Source of the DNA: Patescibacteria group bacterium
GTDB taxonomy: Bacteria; Patescibacteriota; Patescibacteriia; Patescibacteriales; UBA12465
Direction of reading: 5' to 3'
Length of the DNA stretch: 64,000 nt
Assembly (NCBI GenBank): GCA_023229115.1
Contig: JALNZW010000003.1
Location: 1,664-65,663, forward strand
Every line of letters starts with the position of its first letter. Position 1 is the first letter of the stretch. The notes beneath the pieces were generated by a model. It did no database searches. It saw only the letters and a program-made list of their open reading frames with translations, and had not been told where the DNA came from. Positions 48,278 to 59,166 of the stretch are shown here, piece after piece. The translations under genes were made by a program, and so were the position numbers.

Positions 48278-50362
48278 CTATTTACCACTTTTTTCTTTAA
48301 TTTGTTCTAAAATATTTCTTGGAACTTCATTATAATGAGAAAATTCCATTGAATAATTAGCTCTACCTTGACTCATTGACCTCAAAGATGTGGCATAGCC
48401 AAACATTTCTGCCAATGGAACTTTAGCTAAAATAACTTTAGCATTACCCCTATCAGTCATTTCTTCAATTTGACCTCTTTTAGCATTTAAATCCCCAATA
48501 ATATTACCCATATATTCCTCTGGAGTAGTAACTTCAACTTTCATAATTGGCTCAAGTAAAACTGGACTAGCTTTTTGACAAGCATCTTTGAAGGCAAAAA
48601 TAGCTGCCATTTTAAAAGCTATTTCAGAAGAGTCAACCTCATGATAAGAACCATCATAAACAGTTACCTTAACATCAACCATTGGATAACCAGCTAAGAC
48701 ACCGCTTCCCATTGCCTCTTTAACACCCTTCTCAATAGCAGGAATATATTCCCTTGGAATAGCTCCTCCCTTAACTTCATCAACAAATTCATAAGTTTTA
48801 CCACCTTCATTAACCTGTGGTTCCAATCTCAAGTAACAATGACCATATTGACCACGGCCACCAGATTGTTTAGCATATTTATGTTCAGCCTCAGCTTTTT
48901 GTTTAATAGTTTCACGATAAGATACTTGAGGATTGCCAACATTAGCTTCAACACCAAATTCTCTTCTCATACGATCAACAATAATGTCCAGATGAAGCTC
49001 TCCCATGCCAGAAATCAAAACTTGTCCACTCTCTTCATCACTTTCCACTCTAAAAGTTGGGTCTTCTTCGGCTAATCTGCTTAAAGCAATACCCATTTTT
49101 TCTTGATCAGCCTTAGTTTTTGGTTCAACAGCAATCTTAATAACTGGTTCAGGGAAAACAATAGATTCAAGTAGTAAAGGATTCTTTTCATCACATAAAG
49201 TATTTCCAGTTGTAGTATCTTTTAAACCAATAACAGCTGCAATATCTCCAGCCTTTATTTCTTTGATTTCTTCTCTGTGGTTGGCATGCATACGAACTAA
49301 ACGACCGATTCTTTCTTTGTTACCAGTAGAAGAATTTATTATGTATGAACCAGAACTCAAAACACCACTATAAACTCTAACGAAACAAAGCTTTCCAATA
49401 AAAGGATCGGTGGCTATTTTAAAAGCCAAACCCATAAAAGGTTCTTTTTCATCCGGCTTAACAACCACCTTTTTAGTTTCATCATCAACATCGGTAGCTT
49501 CTATCTCTGGAACATCAAGAGGAGATGGTAAATAATCACAAACAGCATCAAGGGCTTTTTGGACTCCAATATTCTGCAAAGCTGTTCCACAAAAAACTGG
49601 ATATATTCCATTTGAAATAACACCCTTTCTTAAAGCTGGTTTCAATTCTTCAACAGATATTTGTTCACCACTTAAATATTTTTCAGTTAAATTATCATCA
49701 AATTCAGCAATTCTTTCAACTAATTCGCTGTGATATTTTTCAACCTTATCTTGTATGTCAGCTGGAATTTCAATTTCAGTTATATTCATACCAAAATTAC
49801 CTTCAAACTTATAAGCTTTTTTTTCTAAAACATCAACAACTCCAGAAAAAGTACTTTCAGAACCAATTGGCAACTGATAAGCAACTGCTTTAGGGTTTAG
49901 TCTTTTTTTAATAGAATCCAAACTCATATAAAAATCAGCTCCTGTTTTATCCATTTTATTAACAAAACAAAGTCTAGGAACATTATATTTGTCTGCTTGA
50001 CGCCAAACAGTTTCTGATTGAGGTTCAACACCTTGAGATCCATCAAAAACGGCAATAGCGCCATCCAAAACACGAAGTGATCTTTCTACCTCAACAGTAA
50101 AATCAACGTGACCAGGGGTATCAATTATATTAATTTTATTGTCCTTCCAAAAACAAGTTGTAGCGGCTGAAGTTATAGTAATTCCTCTCTCTTTTTCTTG
50201 TTCCATCCAATCCATATCAGCGGCACCATCATGAGTTTCACCGATCTTATGTTTTTTTCCAGTATAAAAAAGAACTCTTTCAGTAAAAGTTGTTTTTCCA
50301 GCATCAATATGGGCCATGATACCAATGTTTCTAAATTTATCCAGAGTATAATCTTGCGACAT
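48278..50362 (-). CDS. fusA: Elongation factor G
   Basis: [34 protein letters not shown]. Confidence 0.98.
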   Translation of the reverse strand: MSQDYTLDKFRNIGIMAHIDAGKTTFTERVLFYTGKKHKIGETHDGAADMDWMEQEKERGITITSAATTCFWKDNKINIIDTPGHVDFTVEVERSLRVLDGAIAVFDGSQGVEPQSETVWRQADKYNVPRLCFVNKMDKTGADFYMSLDSIKKRLNPKAVAYQLPIGSESTFSGVVDVLEKKAYKFEGNFGMNITEIEIPADIQDKVEKYHSELVERIAEFDDNLTEKYLSGEQISVEELKPALRKGVISNGIYPVFCGTALQNIGVQKALDAVCDYLPSPLDVPEIEATDVDDETKKVVVKPDEKEPFMGLAFKIATDPFIGKLCFVRVYSGVLSSGSYIINSSTGNKERIGRLVRMHANHREEIKEIKAGDIAAVIGLKDTTTGNTLCDEKNPLLLESIVFPEPVIKIAVEPKTKADQEKMGIALSRLAEEDPTFRVESDEESGQVLISGMGELHLDIIVDRMRREFGVEANVGNPQVSYRETIKQKAEAEHKYAKQSGGRGQYGHCYLRLEPQVNEGGKTYEFVDEVKGGAIPREYIPAIEKGVKEAMGSGVLAGYPMVDVKVTVYDGSYHEVDSSEIAFKMAAIFAFKDACQKASPVLLEPIMKVEVTTPEEYMGNIIGDLNAKRGQIEEMTDRGNAKVILAKVPLAEMFGYATSLRSMSQGRANYSMEFSHYNEVPRNILEQIKEKSGK

Positions 50363-50369
50363 ATATTAT

Positions 50370-50414
50370 TTTAAGAGTTTTAAGAGTTTTAGGACTTTTA
50401 AGACTCTTAGGATA
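50370..50414. repeat. Five imperfect 9-nt tandem repeats (TTTAAGAGT-like)
   Basis: tttaagagt tttaagagt tttaggact tttaagact cttaggata. Confidence 0.75.
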
Positions 50415-50522
50415 CTTATTTTAATTTTTATATATATTTTATATTTTTTTATTTCTTCTTAAAACCTCATATTTTAAGTGAAATTTTTAGAAAAAAATTA
50501 AGAAAGAATTGCGATTAAAATT

Positions 50523-50633
50523 TTATATTTTGAGCAAAATTTGAGGAAAAGACGAGAAGCGAAGTAAGTCGTATTTATAATACGATGAACGAGCCTCGCA
50601 GTCTTTGACAAAAAAGTTTGCCAAAATATATAA
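50523..50633. repeat. ~110-bp nested palindromic element (RPE/MITE-like)
   Basis: Outer ATATTTTG(A)GCAAA/TTTGCCAAAATAT, AAAGAC/GTCTTT, CGAG/CTCG, apical TCGTATT-tat-AATACGA. Confidence 0.55.
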
Positions 50634-50638
50634 TTTTA

Positions 50639-51106
50639 TTATCTTGAGAAATGAGCAAAAGCCTTATTAGCCTCAGCCATCTTATGAACAGTTTCTCTCT
50701 TTCTAACAGATGCACCTTCACCATTAGAAGCATCTAAAATTTCAGCAGCTAATTTCTCGGCCATTGATCTTCCTTTTCGATCTTTAGAAGCTGAAATAAT
50801 CCAATTACAACCCAAATAAAATCTTCTTTCGCCTCTTACTTGGAAAGGAACTTGGTAGTTGGCACCACCAACTCTTTTACCTCTAACCTCAAGCAAAGGA
50901 GAAACTTTCTTCAAAGCTTTATTAAAAATGTGTCTTGGATCGTGTTTGGTTTCTTGGCGAATAATATCAAAAGCATCATAAGTTATCTTTTGAGCTACTG
51001 ATCTCTTTCCGTCAACCATTATATAATTTATAAACTTGGCAATATTTTTATCACCATATTTTAAATCATTTTCAATTTTTCTTTTTGGAGCTTGTTTACC
51101 TCTCAT
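50639..51106 (-). CDS. rpsG: 30S ribosomal protein S7
   Basis: RVGGANYQVP, HKMAEANKAFAH. Confidence 0.97.
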   Translation of the reverse strand: MRGKQAPKRKIENDLKYGDKNIAKFINYIMVDGKRSVAQKITYDAFDIIRQETKHDPRHIFNKALKKVSPLLEVRGKRVGGANYQVPFQVRGERRFYLGCNWIISASKDRKGRSMAEKLAAEILDASNGEGASVRKRETVHKMAEANKAFAHFSR

Positions 51107-51170
51107 AGTTTTAAAATTACCAGCTATAGCAATTTTTATTAATTTATATCAATTTTATGTTAATTAAATT

Positions 51171-51590
51171 TTAAGCTTTTGGCTTTTTGGCACCATAGCA
51201 GCTTCTTCCCTGTCTTCGAGCATCAACACCCTGAGCATCATAAACACCACGAACAACTTTGTATCTAACACCCGGTAAATCTTTTGTTTTTCCACCCTTA
51301 ATTAAAACGATTGAGTGCTCTTGCAAATTATGTCCCATTCCAGGAATATAGGCAGTAACCTCCATTCCATTAGACAAACGAACACGAGCAATTTTACGTA
51401 AAGCTGAGTTCGGTTTCTTGGGAGTCATGGTAGTAACCTTAAGACAAACACCCTGCTTAAAAGGTGAGCCACTTTTTGTAACTTTTTTCTTACGATGCAA
51501 AGAATCTAAACTAGTACGTAAAGCTAAATTCTTTTTTCTTTTACTGGAAGGTTTTCTTCCCTTTCTAACTAACTGATTAATAGTTGGCAT
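51171..51590 (-). CDS. rpsL: 30S ribosomal protein S12
   Basis: [27 protein letters not shown]. Confidence 0.98.
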   Translation of the reverse strand: MPTINQLVRKGRKPSSKRKKNLALRTSLDSLHRKKKVTKSGSPFKQGVCLKVTTMTPKKPNSALRKIARVRLSNGMEVTAYIPGMGHNLQEHSIVLIKGGKTKDLPGVRYKVVRGVYDAQGVDARRQGRSCYGAKKPKA

Positions 51591-51721
51591 AAAAATTATT
51601 TAAAATTTTATTAATTTATACTATTTTTATATTACTTATACAAATAAAAACACAAACAACACAATTCTGGAATGTGTATAAAGAATTTAGCAAAGAAAAG
51701 ATAATAAGTCAAGAATACTAA

Positions 51722-52899
51722 TTATTCCTTAATACATCTAATGTATCGACCATAAACAGAGTCTATCAGAACAGAGTTAGAAGTCACAATTGTTAACCCA
51801 CTATTATTATATACATCATACAAACGTGTTCCGAGATCATCTACTGTTCTGGTCCAGAGATAAAAACCAGTTCCGAAATAAGGCCATTGAGTTGAATATT
51901 TGTGACCACCAGGAAGTAAAGAAAAGCCAAGATCGTCAGTGCCATAAACAGTGTCAGAAGCCCAATAAGGATGCTCTGAAGTTGTACATTCTCCTCTTAA
52001 AGGAGAATTTGTTTGACGACATGATCTAAGATTATAAACATTATAGGCACCAATATTGCTAATTAGAGAAATAAAATCATCTCTGGTTGGCACCATCCAA
52101 CCATCAGGACAAACTCCTCTAGGGTCAGTTATAGTATGAGATGAGTAAACATAGCCATAAAGACCGCTATAAAGAAAATCATGAGTCGGATAATTCACTC
52201 CTGTCCAACTTCCAGTAACATAAGGAATACTATCCCTATTTTTAAATTTGTCAGTTATTAAATTTTCTTTAAACCAACACTGATCACCGATAGCAACTGT
52301 AGGATAAGTGTAACCATTATAGGAGACATCTTGACCACATTCAAAAGTATCAACAATACAAGAACCACTTTGACAAATATAGCCAGGTTGGCAATCAGGG
52401 TAACAAATATTAGAAGTAGATTCTCCTCCTTCTCCTGATTCACCACTTGAACAATCATAATTTAAAATACCTCCAGGTGTAGCACATTTTGGTCCTTCTT
52501 CTAGGCTAGAGATGTCATTTCCTAAACAGAAAGAAATAGAATAAGTAGAATAATCATCATCAACTTGATAATAAAAAGTATTTTGATTAGGATCACAGAC
52601 ACCATCAGCTGGATAAGGAGCAGTAGGAATATTAATCATTAACATTTCTCCACTAGAAGTAATGAGAGTACCACTATTCCATTCTTCTACAGTAGGATAA
52701 CGGCCTTGTTCATTAAAGAATAGCTCTAGGGCGGTTTGGGTTTGTTTAACGTCAGCTACACGTTTAGAATCACGAGCACGAGAGCGAGCCTGTTGTAAGG
52801 CGACAACTGCTAAGTAGCCAGTATTCCAATGATAGCGATTACTACCAAGAGTTCGATGAGGGTGAAGGCTTTTTGTTTTTTATAATTGTTTTTAAACAT
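51722..52899 (-). pseudogene. Frameshifted prepilin-type protein with C-terminal FISUMP (C-type lectin-fold) domain
   Basis: ATG 52899 MFKNNYKKQKAFTLIELLVVIAIIGILAT-stop(52810); one-base shift restores LAVVALQQARSRARDSKRVAD.. in frame with ORF 51722-52645; YPTVAIGDQCWFKENL, CPDGW..PT, GFSLLPGG, IRCIKE. Confidence 0.8.
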
Positions 52900-52943
52900 T
52901 ATTTTTTATTTGTAATTTAAGAAAAAATATTAAAAATTTTAAT

Positions 52944-54800
52944 TTATAATAAAACGGCTTTAATTCTCCTAACACCAGAACTAGAACTTTCTTCTTTTTG
53001 TATTTTAAATACACCTAAATTTTCCAAACTTTCAACATGAGGACCACCACAAATTTCTTTAGAAAAGTCACCCACAGAATAAACTTTTACTTTTTCTCCA
53101 TATTTAGATTCAAAAACTCCAGTAGCCCCCATCTTCTTAGCTTCTTCCAAACTCATTTCGCTACAATTAACTTTTAAACCTTTCTGAATATTTTCATTTA
53201 CCAAATCTTCTACTTGTTTTTTTTGTTCATCAGTCATTTTCTCAGGATGCGAAAAATCGAAACGAAGTCTTTCGGCAGTAATATTACTTCCCCGCTGTGA
53301 TACATGATCACCTAAAACTCGACGAAGAGCCTCTAACAATAAATGAGCCGCAGTATGAAGCTTGGTAGTTTCCTCGCTTTGATCAGCCAGACCTCCCTTA
53401 AACTTTCCAGCACTAGCGGTTTTAGATAATTTTTGATGTTTGTTTAAAGCTTGATTATATTCCTCTAAAAAATTATCTGATTTGGAAATATTTTTTTCTT
53501 CTATAATTTCTAATGTCATCTCGAGTGGATAGCCATGACTTTGAAAAAGATTAAAAGCAATTTCGCCATTAATTTTCTCCCCCTTTTCAACCAAACTATT
53601 TAAAACTCTCTCCCCCTTCTCTATGGTTTTATTAAACTTGTATTCTTCTTCATTAAAAGCTTTTAAAATAAAATTCCTATTTTTATTTAATTCACTATAA
53701 GAATCTTTATAGAAATCAACAATCACCTGACTTAATTCAGAGATAAGATTTTGTTGTTCAATTTTTAATTGCTTCAAGTAGCGCACCGCTCGTCTAATAA
53801 GACGCCTAATAATATAACCTTGATCAGTGTTAGATGGGCTAAGTCCCTTGTCATCTCCCAATAAAAAAGTTGCACCCTTAATATGATCAGCAATAACTTC
53901 AAAAGCTTTTTTATTATCTTCGTATTTAAGTCCAGAAATATTTTCTAATCTATCAACAATAGAACCCAAGGAGTCAATTTTGAAAATATTGCTCAAATTA
54001 TTTTTTATCATCACAATTCGCTCTAATCCTCCACCAAAGTCAACATTTTTGTTTTCTAATTCTTTCCAGCCATCAACTGTTTTTTGATACTGCATAAAAA
54101 CAGAATTACCAATTTCAATAAATCTTCCACAGTCGCAATTTAAATGACAATGCTCACCAAATTTTGGATCATGTTTTTTACCAGTATCATAAAAAGTTTC
54201 ACTATCTGGACCGCCTAATTCTCCAACAGCATCACCTCTCTGCCACCAATTTTTATCACGGTAAGCAAAGATTCTATCTTTAAAAAAATCAAGCTCTACA
54301 CCCGGCCCCTCATCTCCCTTGGTGGTAGTTTCGGGTCCTTCACCAGCTTCAACTCCGTATTTCTTATAAATATTTTTTAGAATTTGAATTGATTCTTCAT
54401 CTTTGACAATATTCTTTCCATCACCAACATAAACTGTTTGATAAATTTTATTTATATCAAAGCCTAGTTCTTCTATTAAAAATTCAAACCACCAATTCAA
54501 TTGCTCCTCTTTAAAATAATCTCCCAAACTCCAGTTACCAAGCATTTCAAAAAAAGTATTATGGCGACCATCGCCAACATCATCAATATCTTCGGAACGA
54601 AAACATTTTTGACTATTTGTTAAACGAACGCCAGCTGGATGTTTCTCGCCTAAAAGATATGGGACCAAGGGAAACATACCAGAATTGGTAAACAAAAGAC
54701 TAGAATCATTTTCGGGAATGAGCGATGAAGATGATATCAGGGCGTGTTGTTTTTTTTGAAAAAATTCAAAATATTTTTGTCTGATTTCACTAGTTGTCAT
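52944..54800 (-). CDS. alaS: Alanine--tRNA ligase (short form lacking C-Ala domain)
   Basis: LFTNSGM, HNTFFEMLGNWS, DFGGGLER, HTAAHLL, CGGPHV, GVRRIKA end. Confidence 0.95.
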   Translation of the reverse strand: MTTSEIRQKYFEFFQKKQHALISSSSLIPENDSSLLFTNSGMFPLVPYLLGEKHPAGVRLTNSQKCFRSEDIDDVGDGRHNTFFEMLGNWSLGDYFKEEQLNWWFEFLIEELGFDINKIYQTVYVGDGKNIVKDEESIQILKNIYKKYGVEAGEGPETTTKGDEGPGVELDFFKDRIFAYRDKNWWQRGDAVGELGGPDSETFYDTGKKHDPKFGEHCHLNCDCGRFIEIGNSVFMQYQKTVDGWKELENKNVDFGGGLERIVMIKNNLSNIFKIDSLGSIVDRLENISGLKYEDNKKAFEVIADHIKGATFLLGDDKGLSPSNTDQGYIIRRLIRRAVRYLKQLKIEQQNLISELSQVIVDFYKDSYSELNKNRNFILKAFNEEEYKFNKTIEKGERVLNSLVEKGEKINGEIAFNLFQSHGYPLEMTLEIIEEKNISKSDNFLEEYNQALNKHQKLSKTASAGKFKGGLADQSEETTKLHTAAHLLLEALRRVLGDHVSQRGSNITAERLRFDFSHPEKMTDEQKKQVEDLVNENIQKGLKVNCSEMSLEEAKKMGATGVFESKYGEKVKVYSVGDFSKEICGGPHVESLENLGVFKIQKEESSSSGVRRIKAVLL

Positions 54801-54867
54801 ATATATTGTTTATATTATTTTTTATACTTTAATTATTATACTATAATTTTTGTAAAATTGGCAATAA

Positions 54868-54893
54868 AAAAACACCCCAGCTTTCGCTGGGGT
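54868..54893 (-). terminator. Terminator after murB
   Basis: ACCCCAGC-tttc-GCTGGGGT + T-run on minus. Confidence 0.75.
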
Positions 54894-54910
54894 AACAAAA
54901 AATGAGGTGT

Positions 54911-55936
54911 TTATTTCAAAATATTAACCTCTGCCTCTAAAATTATACCAAACTTATCAAAAACATTTTTCTTCACCAAATCTACCAAAAACAAAACATC
55001 TTTTTGGCTAGCACTACCATGATTTACTAAAATTAAAGCTTGGTTTTCATAAACCCCGGCATCGCCATGACGATAGCCCTTCACATCAACTTGCTCTATC
55101 AACCAACCAGCTGGAATCTTTATTCCTTTTTGATCGGGAAAACTTTTAATATCTGAAAATTTATCTTTTAATATTTTAAACTCATCTTCGGAAATAACTG
55201 GATTTTTGAAAAATGAACCAGCATTAGGAAGTATTCCCGGGTTAGGTAATTTTAAATTTCTAATTTCTTGAATTACTTCTGCCACATCCTTTAATTTAGG
55301 ATTTTCTATCCCCTTCTCTGCTAGTTTATTTTTTATATCACCGTATTCTAAATTAAATTTTTCTTTTTTGCTCAACTTTAACTCGACCCATAAAACAAAA
55401 TATTTGTTTTTCAATTTATTTTTAAAAATACTATCACGATAAGCAAACTGACAATCTTTTAAATTAAAATATTTTTTTTCACCTGTCTTTAAATCAATAG
55501 CACATAGATTATAAAAAATATCCTTCAATTCCACGCCATAAGCTCCAATGTTTTGCACTGGCGCGGCTCCAACTGTTCCAAAGATATAAAACATATTTTC
55601 TATTCCATAATAATTACGAGAAATAGAAAAATTAACCATTTTTGACCAAGCTTCCCCGCTATATGATTTTATAATAGCAGAATCTTCATTTTCGCCCACA
55701 ACCTCCATTCCTTTTATCTCATTCTTTATCACCAAGCCATCAAAACCTTTGTCAGAAAATAAAATATTTGAACCACCACCTAGAACAAAGATCTTTTTAG
55801 ATCTTCTCTTGGCCCATTTAATAGCTACTATAAAATCATCTTCACTTTTTACAACTACAAAATATTTAGCCAAACCACCAATTTTAAAAGTAGAATAATC
55901 GGCTAGTTTTACATTTTTTTTAATCTCTAATTCCAT
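54911..55936 (-). CDS. murB: UDP-N-acetylenolpyruvoylglucosamine reductase
   Basis: LGGGSNIL, GTVGAAPVQNIGAYG, NAGSFFKNP, LEAEV. Confidence 0.95.
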   Translation of the reverse strand: MELEIKKNVKLADYSTFKIGGLAKYFVVVKSEDDFIVAIKWAKRRSKKIFVLGGGSNILFSDKGFDGLVIKNEIKGMEVVGENEDSAIIKSYSGEAWSKMVNFSISRNYYGIENMFYIFGTVGAAPVQNIGAYGVELKDIFYNLCAIDLKTGEKKYFNLKDCQFAYRDSIFKNKLKNKYFVLWVELKLSKKEKFNLEYGDIKNKLAEKGIENPKLKDVAEVIQEIRNLKLPNPGILPNAGSFFKNPVISEDEFKILKDKFSDIKSFPDQKGIKIPAGWLIEQVDVKGYRHGDAGVYENQALILVNHGSASQKDVLFLVDLVKKNVFDKFGIILEAEVNILK

Positions 55937-55939
55937 ATA

Positions 55940-57373
55940 TTAAATATCTTTAGAAGATATATTAAGTAATTTATAAGCTACTCGAAAAATATCACCAGCA
56001 CCCAAAAGTAAAATAACTTTATCCTTGCTAGCTATTTTTCTTAAATCTTTTTCAATATCAGAAAAATTTTTAAAATATTTTAATTCTTGCTTTTTATTAT
56101 TTTTCAAATTATATTGCCCTATTTTTTTCATTAAATCAAGGCTGGAAAGTTTTTGAAACTTTTCTCGAGCTGAAGTATAAATCTCCATTAAATATAAACT
56201 ATCAGTTAATTCAAAGCTTTTAACAAAATCATCGAATAAAGCCTTGGTTCGACTTACGGTGTGCGGATGAAAAACAGTAATTATTTTTTTATCTCCATAT
56301 CTTTGTTTAACTGCCTGAAGACATGCTTTTACTTCAGTTGGATGATGTCCATAATCATCTATAATAACCGACCCCCTATAAACACCCAAGACATCGAAGC
56401 GACGAGAAGCCCCAGTAAACAAAAACAAATTTTTTCTAATTTTTTCCAAATCAACTCTCAATTCTAGACAAGAAGAAATTACAGCCAAAGCATTAGAAAT
56501 GTTATGTTCACCCATTAACTTAATTTTAAACTTACCCAAACTTTTATTATTTTTATACAAAATAAAACTTTGTCCGTAATTTTCAGTCTTTATCTCTTTG
56601 GCTTGATAAAAATATTTATAATTTAATTTTTCTAAATTTTTTATATCATTAACAGAATAAAAAATATTTTTACCTTTATTAAATTTACTAATTTTTAAGC
56701 ACTGCTCATCTTCGGCGTTAGTTATTAAAAAACCTGATGAAGGAATTTTTTTTATAAAATCAGCAAAAACCTTAAAGTAAGCTTTTTTATCTTTAAAATA
56801 ATCAGGATGATCAAAATCAATATTATTTAAAGCGACCATCTGCGGATTAAAATATTGCAATTTATTTTGATACTCGTCAGATTCTAACACAAAATATTTT
56901 GATTTTCCCAACAAAGAACTTCCTTTAAATTGTCTAACATAAGAACCAGATAAAACATTAGGAGAAAAATCAGATTTAAATAAAGCATAACCAAGCCAAG
57001 AAGTAACAGTTGTCTTTCCATGACTACCACAAACAGAAATACCAAAATATTGATTAAACAAATATCCAACCGCCTCAGCATAAGTTACAATTTTAACACC
57101 TTTTTTATTTAAAAACTTAAGTTCAATATTTTTATTAACTTCAAAAGCTGAAGAACGAATAACTAAGTCAATTTTTTCTGGGAAATCTTTTAAGGAAAAC
57201 CCATGTTTAACTTTTATCTTGGAATTAGCGAGTGTTTTATTGGTTTGAAATTCTTCTTCCACGTCGGAACCAGAGACTTTAAATCCCTTAAAAACCAAAA
57301 ACTGAGCTAACATTGCCATGCCAACCCCCTTAATACCAACCATGTAAATATTGTCCTTTTTATTTAAAATCAT
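55940..57373 (-). CDS. murC: UDP-N-acetylmuramate--L-alanine ligase
   Basis: GIKGVGM, GSHGKTT, ESDEY, DDYGHHPTE, LGAGDI. Confidence 0.92.
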   Translation of the reverse strand: MILNKKDNIYMVGIKGVGMAMLAQFLVFKGFKVSGSDVEEEFQTNKTLANSKIKVKHGFSLKDFPEKIDLVIRSSAFEVNKNIELKFLNKKGVKIVTYAEAVGYLFNQYFGISVCGSHGKTTVTSWLGYALFKSDFSPNVLSGSYVRQFKGSSLLGKSKYFVLESDEYQNKLQYFNPQMVALNNIDFDHPDYFKDKKAYFKVFADFIKKIPSSGFLITNAEDEQCLKISKFNKGKNIFYSVNDIKNLEKLNYKYFYQAKEIKTENYGQSFILYKNNKSLGKFKIKLMGEHNISNALAVISSCLELRVDLEKIRKNLFLFTGASRRFDVLGVYRGSVIIDDYGHHPTEVKACLQAVKQRYGDKKIITVFHPHTVSRTKALFDDFVKSFELTDSLYLMEIYTSAREKFQKLSSLDLMKKIGQYNLKNNKKQELKYFKNFSDIEKDLRKIASKDKVILLLGAGDIFRVAYKLLNISSKDI

Positions 57374-57441
57374 AAATATTATAAAATTATTATAACATAT
57401 TTAAATAAATAAAAAAGTGGAATCAACGACTCCACTTTTAA

Positions 57442-58053
57442 TTAAAAAATTCTTTCAAGACAGAAGGGTCTTGCTTCTTTTAAAAGACCACTGCTCTCTT
57501 GGTCTTCAAAATAATCCCAATCAACTTTGGGATGCTCTCCTCTGTAAACATGAATAACAGGAGAATCCTTAACAGTTTTTAAAAAAGAATTAAGAGCTTT
57601 AACATAATATTTGTTTAAAATATTACTGTGTAAGCACAAAGCCAATGACTCCGATAAAGTTAAAAATTTTTCAGAATCAACAGGCACTCTAGAATTAGAA
57701 GAATCATTGTTTACTCCCCAAAGATAATAAGGCGTCTGAGATACTGTTATTAAATTCTCAATATCATCATTATCAAAATAAGAATAACCCTTATTACCAT
57801 TGAATTGTAAAAATTGAACCTGATTTGAAACCCTAATAATATCAAAAGGTATGACTGGAACAAACCACACATCAAGTAAGTAGTCACTATTATCAAGCTC
57901 TTTAATCCTAGAAATAATTTTTTCTTTAAACTCCATCAAAGAAAGCAAAGGGTCAGTCATAACAAAAGCCGGAACATCCAAAGAGGCTAATTTATTTATT
58001 TGAAAATCAAACAACTCAATTGCCTGTTTAACAATTTTTTTTCTCCTCTTCAT
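57442..58053 (-). CDS. Hypothetical protein (DUF5701-like)
   Basis: F..Q..KL, FVPVIP, PYYL, LTLSESLAL pattern; family call tentative. Confidence 0.55.
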   Translation of the reverse strand: MKRRKKIVKQAIELFDFQINKLASLDVPAFVMTDPLLSLMEFKEKIISRIKELDNSDYLLDVWFVPVIPFDIIRVSNQVQFLQFNGNKGYSYFDNDDIENLITVSQTPYYLWGVNNDSSNSRVPVDSEKFLTLSESLALCLHSNILNKYYVKALNSFLKTVKDSPVIHVYRGEHPKVDWDYFEDQESSGLLKEARPFCLERIF

Positions 58054-58093
58054 GATTTATTTTTTTTAAAGGTACGAATTATTTTAATTTAAT

Positions 58094-58846
58094 TTAATCT
58101 TTCTTATTCTTAAAACTTTCAAACGCTTTTAATATTTCAACCGGAGTAACAAAAACTATTGTATTTGATTGATCAGACGATATATCATTTATTGACTGCA
58201 ATGTTCTTAAATGTAAGGCACCATCAGAAGATGATAATATCTTGGCAGCATTAGACAAATTCTCAGCAGCCGCCAACTCTCCCTGAGCATTAATAATCAC
58301 AGCTCTTTTTTCCCTCTCGGCCTCAGCTTGTTTGGCAATAGTTCTTTCCATTGACTCTGGCAATATTATATCTTTTAATTCAACGTTATTAACCTTTAAG
58401 CCCCAGGCATCAGTTTCTTTGTCGACAATTTCTCTAATTCTTTCAGCAATTTGATCACGATTAGTCAAAAGTTCATCAAGACTTGTTTCTCCGACAATGT
58501 TTCTCATGGTTGTTTGAGCATATTGAGAGACAGCATAATAAAAATTTTCAACCTCAATAATAGCCTTAGAAGCATCAGATATTTTATAATATAAAACAGC
58601 ATTAACTGTCACTGGCACATTATCCCTAGTAATAGCCCTTTGATCTGGAACGTCAACAGCTTTAACTCTAATATCAACCTTCTTATAAGTTTGAAAAATT
58701 GGCCACAAAAACTTCCAACCTGGATTCATAACACTAGAAAAACGACCCATTGTAAATTTAACACCTCTTTCGTATTGATTTATTTGTTTTAAAGATGATA
58801 AGAAAAAAATAAAAACAAAAACCAAAAGAACAATAAAAAAATCCAT
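58094..58846 (-). CDS. SPFH/stomatin (slipin) family protein
   Basis: QYERGVKF..G, ITRDNV, AQTTMR, QAEAEREKRA, LRTLQ. Confidence 0.93.
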   Translation of the reverse strand: MDFFIVLLVFVFIFFLSSLKQINQYERGVKFTMGRFSSVMNPGWKFLWPIFQTYKKVDIRVKAVDVPDQRAITRDNVPVTVNAVLYYKISDASKAIIEVENFYYAVSQYAQTTMRNIVGETSLDELLTNRDQIAERIREIVDKETDAWGLKVNNVELKDIILPESMERTIAKQAEAEREKRAVIINAQGELAAAENLSNAAKILSSSDGALHLRTLQSINDISSDQSNTIVFVTPVEILKAFESFKNKKD

Positions 58847-58927
58847 ATATTTAAATTTAAGAATAAAAAATAAATCTATCCTTAATATATTAACACAAAA
58901 AAATAAAAAAATAAATATAAATTTTAA

Positions 58928-58956
58928 TTGACAAAAAAGGCTTTTTTTAGTAAAAT
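58928..58956 (+). promoter_or_regulatory. Sigma70 promoter TTGACA-N17-TAAAAT
   Basis: Near-consensus -35/-10 with 17-nt spacer upstream of plus-strand operon. Confidence 0.75.
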
Positions 58957-58981
58957 TTACTAAAGTATTAAAAGAAAAAAA

Positions 58982-59161
58982 ATGAATATTGATTTAGAGA
59001 TAGAAAAAAAGATAGAAGAAATAAAAGCTATCTATCAAGAATACATCAATCAAATAAAAAAACTTAAACTTAGGCAAGAAAAAATTGTTTTAGATTTTAT
59101 CAAATTAAAAGAAGAAGAGCATTTGAACAAAATAAGACAAGAAATTAAAAATAACTTTTAA
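58982..59161 (+). CDS. Small coiled-coil protein, 59 aa
   Basis: Manual translation MNIDLEIEKKIEEIKAIYQEY..KIRQEIKNNF; between promoter and next gene; below ORF cutoff. Confidence 0.6.
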   Translation: MNIDLEIEKKIEEIKAIYQEYINQIKKLKLRQEKIVLDFIKLKEEEHLNKIRQEIKNNF

Positions 59162-59166
59162 TAAAT

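Noticed and set aside
52810-52815. Programmed prfB-like frameshift at ACT TAG
   Set aside because: Required shift is -1, not +1, and there is no slippery heptamer or upstream SD
52944-54800. Short AlaRS as a pseudogene
   Set aside because: Catalytic and editing domains intact; loss of C-Ala is a known feature of reduced genomes
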